Both the position numbers and the translations under genes were made by a program. From the NCBI GenBank assembly GCA_038087875.1, contig JAXLNO010002420.1, forward strand, positions 1 through 64,000: a stretch of DNA of 64,000 nucleotides, in the 5' to 3' direction. The notes beneath the pieces are model-generated. The model was not told the DNA's origin, searched no databases, and was given only the letters and a program-made list of their open reading frames with translations. Origin of the DNA: Malacoraja senta (Eukaryota). Positions 23,436 through 34,845 of this stretch are shown piece after piece. Position 1 is the first letter of the stretch. The number at the start of each line of letters is the position of its first letter.

Positions 23436-23899
23436 CGAGTGGGCAAAGCAGAGCCAAATGGAATACAGTGTAGCAAGTGTCTGGTTTTACATTTTGGCAG
23501 TCAGAATAAAGACATAGACTATTTTCTAAATGGGGAGAGAATTGAGAAACCTGAGCTACAAAGTGGGAGTACTAGTGCAGGATTCCCAAATAGTTCATTT
23601 GCAGATTGAGTCAGTGGTAAGTAAGGCAAATGCAATGCCAGCATTCATTTCGGGGGGCGTAGAATATAAAAACAATGATATAATGCTGAGGATTTATCGG
23701 GCACTGGTGAAGACACATTTGGAATATTGTGAGCAGATTTGGGCTCCATATTAGAAAGGATGTGCTGGCTTTGGAGAGGGTCGAGAGGATGTATGTCCTG
23801 GGGATGATTGATTTAACGTATGAGGAGTGTTTGAAGTCTCTGTGCCTGTGCTCATGGGATTTAGAAGGATGAGGTGGGAATCTCATTGAAACCTACCAG

Positions 23900-26800
23900 C
23901 AGGGCCGGATTTAGATGAAGAGAGGCCCTAAGCTGTTCCACTTGTGAGGCCCCCCCCCAATCCCCCACCCCCACGACCAGAGGAAGATGGTCCACCAGAT
24001 TGACACCGATTTGCAGCCGAGCGTGGCCAATGAGATAAGGGGCTGGAAAGCTGGGCTTTATTTATTTATTTATTGCCACTGCTAGTGTCGAGTTATTGGC
24101 TTAAAACACTATTATTCTGAAATGGAGGGCAAGGAAAATTACTGAAGTGTTGTTTAGAGACTACAGTGCGTTGTGACAGCATATGTAAGAAAGGCCTATG
24201 ACAGTGTCAAAAATATTATACACCTTGCAGGGCTCTCACTTAATTTTTTTTCTCTGTTGTCAGCCGGGCAACCTTGGTAGCTTTTTAAGTTGCCAAATGA
24301 CAGTTTAGGTGGTTATTTAAGATGGCTTGCATGACACGTGCGATAATGTGCTCGGACGACCAGTCAGAATTATGCTCAATGAAGCATTCACATATTATTT
24401 CTGCTTCAAATAAAGCCACAAACTAAACATATTCACCAATCAGGACATGATATATACCACAATGACATGCAGCACAATTATAATACTGTATCTTAACTCT
24501 TTTTACACGTTGCAATGAATGCAATTTCTATTATTTCTTTCCACTTCCAAAAAAAAATGTGGTTGGATTATTCAGCGTATGATCAACCTCGGTGAGACCA
24601 AGTGCAGGCTTGGCGATTGCTTCGCACAACACCTCCACTCAGTTCGCAATAACCAACCTGATCTCCCGGTGGCTCAGCACTTCAACTCCCCCTCCCATTC
24701 CGAATCTGACCTTTCTGTCCTGGGCCTCCTCCATGGCCAGAGTGAGGCCCACCGCATATTGGAGGGGCAGCACCTCATATTTGCTTGGGTAGTTTACACC
24801 CCAGCGCTATGCACATAGGCTTCTCTAATTTCAGGTAGTCCTTGCTTTCTCCCTCCTTCCCCTCCCATTCCCAGCTCTCCCACAGCCTACTGTCTCCGTC
24901 TCTTCCTTTATTTTTCATGTCATTCCCCCCCCCCCCCGACATCAATCTGAAGAAGGGTCTCGACCCGAAACATCGTCTATTCCTTCGCTCCACAGGTGCT
25001 GCCTCACCCGCTGATTTTCTACAGCTTTTTTGTCTACCAATGGGATCCCACAACTGGCCACATCTTCCCATCTCCTCCCCTGTTGGCTTTCCATAGAGAC
25101 CGCTCCCTCCGTAACTCCCTGGTCAATTCGTCCCTTCCCACCCAAACCACCCCCTCTCCTGGCACTTTCCATTGCAACTGCAGGAAATGCTACACTTGGC
25201 GTTTTAATTAAGTTCAAGACAATGGGGCTGTACATTGGCCATAAGGTTGCTGCCTAAAAGTGCCAGAGACCTGGAATTGATCCTGAATATGGGTGTTGTC
25301 TGTTTGGAGTTTGCTCCTTTTCACTTTGATCGCATGGGTTTTCTTCGGGTGCTCTTGTTTCCTTCCACATTCCAAAGGTGTGCAGGAACCTATTTCAGAA
25401 CCAACCCTAAACGTAATATTTCCCTTTTGTCCAGAGATTCTGTCTGACCTGTTGAGTTACTCCAGCTTTGTGTGTCTATCTTCAGTTTAAACCAGCATCT
25501 GCAGTTCCTTCCTACACACACGATACTATACGATAGAACTTTATTAATCCCAGGAGGGAAATTGTGTGTGTGTGCGTGTGGGTATATATACTATGCACAC
25601 ACACACACACACATATATATATACAATACAATTACAATACAATTTTATTTGTCTTTTGGACAAATTTGTCATTTGGACCCCGTTGAGGTCCAAACGAAAT
25701 GTCGTTTCTGCAGCCATACATTACAAAACGAAGAAGACCCAAGACACAACACAATTTACACATACATCCATCACAGCGCTGTGATGGAAGGCAAAAAACG
25801 TATCTCTCCACTGCACTCCCCCCCCCCACCCCCCCGATGTCAGAGTCAAAGTCAAAGCCCCCGGCGGGCGATGGTGATTATCCCGCGGCCATTAAAGCCA
25901 CGCCGGTTAATGCAGGGTCGCGCACCCCGCCTTGGTGTTAGAGCCCCGGCGCGCGCTCGCAAAGTCCGGCGGCCATTCCAAGCCGCGCGGGGCGGTGATG
26001 TAAAGCCCCCCTCCAGGTGCTCTTCAACCCCGCAACTCGGGCGGGAGAAGTCGCCGCTGCGGATGCCCCGAAAAGCGGTGTCCCACCAGGGGACCCACGG
26101 GCTTCCGGTGTTGCCGTCCGCCAGACCCGCGGTTGTAGCCTCCGAATCTCCGGGGGTCGGGTAGCAGCAGCGATTGTCTCCACCACAGCTATAAATATAC
26201 ACCGTTTTGTTTTCTCGTTTATAACATTGTTTACCGAGTACTATGTTTACATATTCTGTTGTGCTGCTGCAAGTAAGGATTTCATTGTTCTAACTGGGAC
26301 GTGAGAGAATAAACTCTTGACTCTTGACTTACTTCGCTAATGTGTGGGAAAGAACTAGTGTACGGGTGATCAATAGTCGGCGTGGACTCGGAGGGCTGAA
26401 GGGCCTGTTTCCACGCTGTATCTTCAAATTAAGCTAAAGACACTAAAACCAGAGGGAGTCTAAAGAAGTGTTTCTACCCGAAACGTCACCCAATTTCTTC
26501 TATCCTGAGTTGCTGGCTGCTCCATGGAGTTCCCCCGCACAATTAAAGCATGGAATAGTCTTCACCCTACCATAGTTACCCAACCAGACGCAACTAAATT
26601 TAAGGTACCTATTTTTTCCCCAAGAACCCTTTTTTGCTTAAGTCCAAGTCAAGAGTCAAGAGAGTTTTATTGTCATGTGTCCCAGATAGGACAATGAAAT
26701 TCTTGCTTGCTGCAGCACAACATAATATGTGAACATAATACAGAACAGGAGACCATATACCATAGACCATATATATACACAATAAATAAACAGATAAAAT

Positions 26801-27398
26801 GCAATAGGCTGTTATTGTTCAGCCCTCTACCACCTCCAGTTTAAATTCCTTTTAGAATATTTATGGAGGATCAGGAAACCAGAAGCGAGAGTTACTCCAG
26901 GGAGATACTCCTGATCCAGGGTCAGGGAGTGATTCTGTGTTAGTTTTCAGCGGTTGCGGCGAGGCAGCAATGGCGGCCAAATCTCCCACAATTCAAAGCG
27001 AGGGAGAAAGTGCCCAGCGCCGACCAGTTGCCGTGGCAGTGCGCATGCGCAGGGCGGCCGATGACGTGCGGGCTGTGGTTGTGCGCATGTGCAGGGGAGG
27101 ACGTGCTGGCCGTAGCAGTGTGCATGTGCAAGGCGGCCGGCCGTGCTGGCGGATGAGGAGCGAGCGGAGAACGGAGACCCGGACACGGAGAGTGACAGAC
27201 GGAGATAGAGATAGAGAGGGGGGCCGCCCCGCCCAGAGTTGAACGGCTGGTGTCCTGCCTTGGCCGGAGGCCCCCTATATTTCAGGGCCCCAGGCTTCAG
27301 CCTATGAAGCCTAGTGGTAAATCCGGCTCTGCGAGCCCCTCCTAGATCTCCAGGCCCTAAACTGAAGCTTGTCCATCTTATATGTAAATCCGGCCCTG
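23900..27398. mobile_element. Non-autonomous hAT element (3.5 kb including nested Penelope, SINE and other inserts)
   Basis: 14-bp TIRs CAGGGCCGGATTTA (23900-23913; reverse at 27385-27398) and 8-bp TSD CCTACCAG (23892-23899, 27399-27406). No transposase seen. Confidence 0.88.
24570..25200 (+). mobile_element. Penelope-like element fragment (GIY-YIG end, terminal repeat, then a repeated upstream segment)
   Basis: ORF 24519..24818 has GETKCRLGDCFAQHL...PVAQHFN..SH, followed by ctgaagaagggtctcgacccgaaac. Confidence 0.8.
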
Positions 27399-28754
27399 CC
27401 TACCAGATAATGAAATGCCTGGTTAGTTGATGGGAAAGGAAGTTTTCAGTAATGGGAGAGTCTAGCACAGCCTCACAATAAAAATACCTACCTTCAATAT
27501 GGAGATGAGGAGGAATCTCTTTAGTCACAGGGTGGTGAATCTGTGGAATTCATTGATACAAACAGCTGTGTGGGTCAAGTCATTGCATATTTTTCAAGCA
27601 GAGATTGATAGGTTCTTGATGAGTACGGGTGACAAAGGTTACAGGGAGAAGGCTAGAGAATGGGATTTAGCGGTAAAAAATAGATCTGCTATGACTGAAT
27701 GGTGGAGTAGACTCAATGGACTTGAAAAGCATTATTCCGCTCCAATATCTTATGGTCAAAATTATTCTTATGTCACCCTTAACTCACCCATCCAAATGTA
27801 GGAACAGTGGAAGCAAGATAGGCTGATCCTGGACAAGGTCTCTTATCTTCTTCCTTGGGCATCTAGCTAATTTTCTGATAGTAGCTAGTTACACAAAAGA
27901 CCAATAGTGGTGCCATATTATCAGGCTGAAGTAGCAGCACCTGTTCTGTAGCTGACTTATTTGTTCCAGACAAGACCTCTGCAAAGATCTTCACACCAGG
28001 GCTAAGCTGACATGGTTAAGATTGCTGGTCAGTACAAATAGACAGTAGTGTTAATGTCTGTGTGTGCCTATGTGTGTGTGGGCTCATGTGTGTGAGACAG
28101 TGAGGGGGAGAGAGAGAGAAAGAGAGAGCATGTGTATGTGAGAAAATTAAACTCAGATATCATTGAAATATCAGCAAAGATTAAAACCTTTGAAGTTTTA
28201 TCAACTATAAATGGGTTCACTTTTATTTGCTATAATAACAATCAACATAAGAAAATGGCCTTGTTGACCTCTACACTGTAAATAGTCATCTATTTCTGAC
28301 GTACTTGATTCTTTAAATTCTTAATTAAATGCTGCAGATAAAATCTCAATACCTCAATGCTAATATGAACTTAATGATTTTTCATTGATCATTTTAAGCA
28401 CATCCATCCTCTGTATAAATACTTAAATCTAAAACGTTATTACTTTTTAATTAGATATGAACAGTGCTACTTTAATTTAGATAATAAAATCATTACAATG
28501 TTGTTATTGATCACTAAATGTTTAAAATGCACTATACAGTGGCTTGCAAAAGTTTTCATACCCCTTGAACTTTTCCACATTTTGTCACGTTACAACCACA
28601 AACGTAAATGTATTTTATTGGGATTTTATGTGATAGACCAACACAAAGTGGTGCATAATTGTGAAGTGGAAGGAAAATGATACATGGTTTTCAAATTTTG
28701 TTACAAATAAAAAACTGAAAAGTGTCGCGTGCAAAAGTATTCAGCCCCCCTGAG

Positions 28755-29776
28755 TCAATACTTTGTAGAACCACCTTTCGCTGCAATTACAGCTGCAAGT
28801 CTTTTGGGGTATATCTCTACCAGCTTTGCACATCTAGAGACTGAAATTTTTGCCCATTCTTCTTTGCAAAATAGCTCAAGCTCAGTCAGATTGGATGGAG
28901 AGCATCTGTGAACAGCAATTTTCAAGTCTTGCCAGAGATTCTCAATTGGATTTAGGTCTGGACTTTGACTGGGCCATTCTAACACATGAATACGCTTTGA
29001 TCTAAACCATTCCATTGTAGCTCTGGCTGTATGTTTAGGGTCGTTGTCCTGCTGGAAGGTGAACTTCCGCCCGGGTCTCAAGTCTTTTGCAGACTCTAAC
29101 AGGTTTTCTTCCAAGATTGCCCTGTATTTGGCTCCATCCATCTTCCCCCATCAACTCTGACCAGCTTCCCTGTCCCTGCTGAAGAAAAGCATCCCCACAG
29201 CATAATGCTGCCACCACCATGTTTCACAGTGGGGATGGTGTGTTCAGGGTGATGTGCAGTGTTAGGTTTCCGCCACACATAGCGTTTTGCATTTAGGCCA
29301 AAAACTTCAATTTTGGTCTCATCTGACCAGAACACCTTCCTCCACATGTTTGCTGTGTCCCCCACATGGCTTGTGGCAAACTGCAAACGGGACTTCTTAT
29401 GGGCTTTTTTCAACAATGGCTTTCTTCTTGCCACTCTTCCATAAAGGCCCGATTTGTGGAGTGCACGACTAATAGTTTTCCTGTGGACAGATTCTCCCAC
29501 CTGAGCTGTGGATCTCTGCAGCTCCTCCAGAGTTACCATGGGCCTCTTGGCTGCTTCTCTGATCAATGCTCTCCTTGCCCGGCCTGTCAGTTTAGGTGGA
29601 CGGCCATGTCTTGGTAGGTTTGCAGTTGTGCCATACTCTTTCCATTTTCGGATGATGGATTGAACAGTGCTCCGTGAGATGTTCAAAGCTTGGGATATTT
29701 ATTTATAACCTAACCCTGTTTTAAACTTCTCCACAACTTTATCCCTGACCTGTCTGGTGTGTTCCTTTGGCTTCAT
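28755..29776 (-). pseudogene. Tc1 transposase (DD34E), inactivated by one nonsense codon near 29700 and a frameshift near 29140
   Basis: ORFs 29096..29686 (GRPPK, WSDETKIE, KHGGGSIMLWGCF) and 28755..29141 ([20 protein letters not shown]). Probable ATG (MKPKEH) at 29776. Confidence 0.9.
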
Positions 29777-29857
29777 GATGTTGTTTGTTCACTAATGTTC
29801 TCTAACAAACCTCTGAGGCCTTCACAGAACAGCTGTATTTATACTGAGATTAGATTA

Positions 29858-30210
29858 ATAATAATAATAATAATAATGGATGGGATTTATATAGCGCCTT
29901 TCTAATACTCGGCGCTTTACATCGCATTATTCATTCACTCCTCAGTCACACTCGGTGGTGGTGAGCTACTTCTGTAGCCACAGCTGCCCTGGGGCAGACT
30001 GACGGAAGCGTGGCTGCTAATCTGTGCCTACGGCCCCTCCGACCACCACCAGTCACTCACACACATTCACACACATTCACACGCAGGCAAAGGTGGGTGA
30101 AGTGTCTTGCCCAAGGACACAACGACAGTATGCACTCCAAGCGGGATTCGAACCGGCTACCTTCCGGTTGCCAGCCGAACACTTAGCCCATTGCGCCATC
30201 TGTCGTCCCG
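29858..30210 (-). mobile_element. tRNA-derived SINE of a different family (gtgtccttgggcaagacact core, L2-like tail with (TTA)n), nested in the Tc1
   Basis: 6-bp TSD AGATTA (29852-29857, 30211-30216). On the minus strand: A-box TGGCGCAATGG, B-box GGTTCGAATCC, tail gaaaggcgctatataaatccc followed by (TTA)n. Confidence 0.82.
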
Positions 30211-30527
30211 AGATTACACACAAGTGGACTCTATTTACTAATAAGGTGACTTCTGAAGGCAATTGGTTGCACTGGATTTTATTTAGGGGTATCAGAGTAA
30301 AGGGGGCTGAATATTTTCGCACGCGACACTTTTCAGTTTTTTATTTGTAAAAAAATTTGAAAACCATGTATAATTTTCCTTCCACTTCACAATTATGTGC
30401 CACTTTATGTTGGTCTATCACATAAAATCCCAATAAAATACATTTACGCTTGTGGTTGTAACGTGACAAAATGTGGAAAAGTTCAAGGGGTATGAATACT
30501 TTTGCAAGCCACTGTATATGCCAACAG

Positions 30528-30748
30528 AGAGGGCAGTGAAAGAAGATATGAAGATTAGGATCGTGACTGGAGCTGTAATTGTTCCTCTCATTCTCCTGGG
30601 GATCATCCTTGGAATTGGTTGCTGGAAGAAGAGGAAAAAGAGAAAACCTTTCAATGAACAGGTACCAGCTGACAACAGCAGAGACCAGGAGAGGACCATG
30701 AAGCACAATCAGCTTCCTTTGGGATGCAGAGGAGGTCTACCGGAATGA
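30528..30748 (+). CDS. MHC class I-like exon 5: connecting peptide, TM helix (IVTGAVIVPLILLGIILGIGCW), basic stop-transfer (KKRKKRK) and cytoplasmic tail; 3' boundary is either a donor after 30661 or the stop at 30748
   Basis: Acceptor caacag| in phase 1, compatible with exon 4. About 22 hydrophobic residues followed by a polybasic run. Within track ORF 30473..30748. Confidence 0.8.
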
Positions 30749-32949
30749 TGCCTGGATTAGTGGGGTATTAGCCACAGGGAGAAGTTGTACAGACTGGACA
30801 GTTGGATTGTTTTCTCTGGAATGTCGGGGATTGAGGGGAGACCTGACAGTAATATATCAAACTGGGAGGAGTAGAGATAGGGTAGACCATCAGACTTTTT
30901 ACCCAGGAAGGAAATATCAAATAAGAGCAGGTATTGCTTTACAATGAGTGGCAAAGTTAAAAAAAAGATGTGCAGGACAAGTGTTTTACGCCAAGGGTGG
31001 TGAGTGACTGGAATGTGCTGCTGGAGGTGGTGGTGGAAGCAGATATGATAGTGGCATTTAAGAGACTTTTAGATAGGCACATGTATATGCAGGGAATGGA
31101 TGGATATGGATTATGTGCAAGCAGATAACAATTGGTCTTGGCATCATGTTCGGCACAAACATTGTGGGTCAAAGGGCCTGTTCTTGTGCTGTACTGTTCT
31201 ATGCTCTTTATTGTATCAATGCTGACTGATGACTTTACATTCAGCCATTAATTTTTCAAATGCTGTCTTCACTGCAGTTACCCTGTGATTCCAAAGTCAT
31301 ACATTGCGCCACATTTTGGAATAAAAGGTCGCCTATTTGATTGATTGATACTTTATTATCACATGTGACATGTCACAGTGAAATTCTTTGCTTTGCATAA
31401 CATACACAAGGTATACATACACAAGTCACCATGTATAGGGTGTCGACACAGTTACAAAGTAATCATTACAGTCCCCAATGGTCCCTCTTTGTTCTCGGCA
31501 GCCCCTCCATGTTGGGTTCACCTGTGTTATCCGCGCCCCCTCCCCCCCCAACCCCGGGACCCTCTTTGTTATCTTTGTTCTCGGCAGTCCTCCCATGTTG
31601 GGTCCCTCTTTAAAATAGTTACGAAGAAGATTTATTTTCCAGGAGGTGTATGATTTGCCTGAACTTTCTATTCCAGCTGTGAAGACAAGGTGAATGAATA
31701 TTTTCTAGGTTGAGATATAGAGAATTTTAGATCAGAAATGAATCAAAAATTGCAGGAATTATGCAGTAAACTGATCAAAATCAGATTGGACATAATGTTA
31801 TTGAATGATGCAGTCTGTTCAAGGGGGCTTACAGCTGATTACTAATCTTATTTTATATAAAACATAAAAATGTTCATCTCAGGAAGAGGCCCTTTGGCCC
31901 ACAATGTCTGTGGTGAACATGATGAGATACTAAACTGATCCCATCCAACTGCAACATGATCCATATCCCTCTATTTCCTGCAGATCAGTTTGTCGATCTA
32001 AAAGCCTCTCAAACATCATATACATATCTTGCCAGAGATAGACACAAAAAGTTGAAGAAACTCACCGGGTCAGTCAGCATCTCTGGATACAAGGCATAGG
32101 TGACATTTCGGGATGAGACCCTTGTTCAGACTCCAGAAATGCTGTTTGACCCGCTGAGTCACTCCAGCTTTTTGAGCCTATCTTCGGGTTAAACCTGCAT
32201 CTGCAGTTCGTTCCTAGTTATTTTGCCACTTCTCTTTGTCACATACTGTAACCTGCATTCCTTGTTCACATACCTGATGGTGTAGTGGAGAAGTAATTGC
32301 CTTTGCATTTAATGCTTCACTCAGTGCTTCAAGTATTTGATGGGCAAGTCAACAAGGATCTTTGTTTTCAATACGAACCACGCTCTACACCACAGCTTAG
32401 ATAATATTGCTTAGTTTAGTTGAGTGATACAGCATGGATGCTGAGCCTTCAGCTCATCGAGTTGATACCAACCATCCAACACACCAGTTCTGTTATCCCT
32501 CTTTCACATCCTCTTTCCATACACTAGGGCAATTTTACAAAAGCCAACTCACCTACAAACCTGTACATCACTGAGATGTGCGAGGAAACCGGAGCACCGG
32601 GAGAAATCCCACGTGGTCACAGGGAGAACATGCAAACTCCACATAGACAACATCCCAGTACCATGTCCAGTGAATATTTATGGAACATGGTAACGTATGG
32701 GGACTGTGTTTTGTTGACCTGACAGAGCACTGGGAACAATACTCATTATCAAAGCTGTGGTGTAATAGCTGTGGAAGTGTTTTATGTGCAACAGACTGAG
32801 AATTTCATTGTATATCCACCAGTGTCATTTCTGAATTATGAGCATTTAATAAAATACTTTTGAATGAGTTTTACCAAGACGTTCGCATGCTACACTGACC
32901 TATATACTTGTTTTGTCATTGTTAATACTACAGACAGCTATTTACTCAA

Positions 32950-33380
32950 TCATAAGTTCATAAGATCATAAGTGATAGGAACAGAATTAGGCCATTCGTC
33001 CCATCAATCATGGCTGATCTATCCTATCCTCCAAACCACATTTTCCTACCTTCTCCCCATAACCCCCGACACCCGTTCTATTCAAGAATCTATCTATCTC
33101 TGCCATAAAAAAATATCCATTGACGGCCTCCACAGCCTTCTGTGGCAGAATTCCACAGATTCACCACCCTCTGAATAAAGAAATTCCTCCTCATCTCCTT
33201 CCTAAAGGAGTGTACTTTAATTGTGAGGCTTTGCCCTCTGGTGAGATGCTGACACTAGTGGAAACATCCTCTCAACATCCACTCTATCCAGGCCTTTCAC
33301 TATCAGGTAAGTTTCAATGAGGTTTCCCTCATCCTTCTAAACTCCAGCGAGTAGAGGCCTAGTGCCGTCAAATGCTCATT
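32950..33380 (-). mobile_element. CR1 3' end fragment
   Basis: Tail cataagttcataagatcataag, 3' UTR, and RT-end sequence (ccacagccttctgtggcagaattccacagattcacc). Confidence 0.78.
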
Positions 33381-34529
33381 TGAACAGAATAACAACAACT
33401 TTACTCTTCATATAACCAATTGTCAAAACTCACACCTCCACATTCAGGGACAGTCTCTTCCCAATTGTTATCAGGTAACTGAAACCATCCTACCAACAAC
33501 CAGGGTGCAGTCTTGAACTACTGTCTCCTGCATTGGAGATCCTTGGACAATCTTTGATCGGACTTTACTGCCTTTATCTTGCACCAAACGTTATTGACGT
33601 TATTCCCTTTATCATATATCTGTACACTATGGATGGCTCGATTGTAATCATGTATCGTCTTTCCACTGACTGGTTAGCACATTTAGTTTAGTTTAGTTTA
33701 GAGATACAGGGCAGAAACAGGGTCCGCACCAATTCCCGCACACTAACACTATCCTACACACACTTGGAACAGGTTTACATTTATACCAACCCAATTAACC
33801 GACATACCCATAGTCAAGATCAAACCCGGCTGTGTGGCACATAAGGCAGCAACTCCAGTGTTGCATCACCATGTTGCCCTTATTGTTGTAGGATGTGCAG
33901 GGAATGGAGGTATATTATGTGCCGGCAGATAGGAGTTGGTCTTGGCATCATGTTCAACACAGACATTGTGGGCCAAAGGGCCTGTTCCTGTGTTGTACTG
34001 ATCTATTGTGGTGATTGTGAAAACACATAATAATTACTTGATTGCTGATATCTTAAGTGTATTTACTAGGTACATTAAATATTCAGACAAAACTAAATTC
34101 CATTCCCGAGTCATCTAATTCCCACACCCTAGTCAGCATGAAACATCAACTTTCTTGATGTACTGATATTTATTTTCTGTTAATATTTAACTGTGAGTTT
34201 AATGTTACACCAAATGATAATTGGCTTGTTTCCATCAGTGTTTGCAATCTGGGTGACCCTGAATTTATTGCTTAGTTGTGAGATTCATCGCAAGGACTGA
34301 GATGAGGCAGAAACCTGACTGTTACAGACTTTTTGGAGGGGTTTGCAAGATTTTGACCCAACACCTCTGAAGGCAAGACAATATATTTACAAGCAGCCTC
34401 AACCGCACCTCAGACAGTGCCATCCAGGCACTCGTCACTGTCTGTGAAAAAACATGCCCTGCACATTTCCTTTAAACATTCATCTTAAAACTATGCCCTC
34501 TTGTATTTAATGTTTCCATCCATGTTGAG

Positions 34530-34845
34530 TTTAGTTTATTTTAGTTTAGAGATACAGCGTGGAAACAGGCCCTTCGGCCCACCGAGTCCGCACCGACTAG
34601 TGATCCCTGGGCATTAGCACTATCCTACACACACTCGGGACGATTTACACATACACCAAGCCAATTAATCTACATACCTGTACATCTTTGGAGTGTGGGA
34701 GGAAACCGAAGATCTCGGAGAAAACCCATGCTGTCATGGAGAGAACGTACAAACTCCACACGTACAGCACCCATGGTCGGGATCGAACCTGGGTCTCCCA
34801 CGCTGCAAGCGCTGTAAAGCAGCAACTCTACCGCTGCGCCACAGT
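34530..34845 (-). mobile_element. V-domain SINE (HE1-like)
   Basis: Full head, V core and tail: ttagtttagagatacagcgtggaaacaggcccttcggccc...ctctaccgctgcgcca. Confidence 0.82.

Larger units (their letters stand above)
23450..27770 (+). mobile_element. CR1 3' fragment split by a hAT insertion (parts about 23450-23899 and 27407-27770)
   Basis: ctcattgaaacctaccag|ataatgaaatgcctgg is continuous CR1 sequence across the duplicated CCTACCAG. ORFs 23530..23754 and 27499..27801 are CR1-like. Confidence 0.8.
28537..30514 (-). mobile_element. Tc1/mariner transposon of IR/DR type with a defective transposase
   Basis: TA TSDs (28535-28536, 30515-30516). About 210-bp inverted repeats begin CAGTGGCTTGCAAAAGT and have inner direct repeats (GCAAAAGTATTCAGCCCC). 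Confidence 0.95.
14954..30748 (+). pseudogene. Non-classical MHC class I-like alpha chain gene (leader, alpha1, alpha2, alpha3, TM/cyt exons) with a premature stop in alpha3; probable pseudogene or null allele, or a base-call error
   Basis: Five exons join in frame through phase-1 GT-AG introns and give class I motifs: H3, LPEY..V..LDD.QIAYFDS, W60, GC101E, GYDGED, C164..W167LR.Y171L, and Ig-C1 Cys/Trp. In-frame TAG at 22510-22512. The 3' end is uncertain. Confidence 0.88.

Noticed and set aside
25472-26304. Overlapping long GC-rich ORFs (up to 230 aa) on both strands
   Set aside because: Low-complexity Pro/Arg/Ala-rich frames spanning microsatellites inside a repeat nested in a hAT; stop-poor because of GC content, with no domain motifs.
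30473-30527. N-terminal part of ORF 30473..30748 (MEKFKGYEYFCKPLYMPT)
   Set aside because: It is read from the Tc1 terminal repeat and intron end; the real exon starts at the AG acceptor before 30528.
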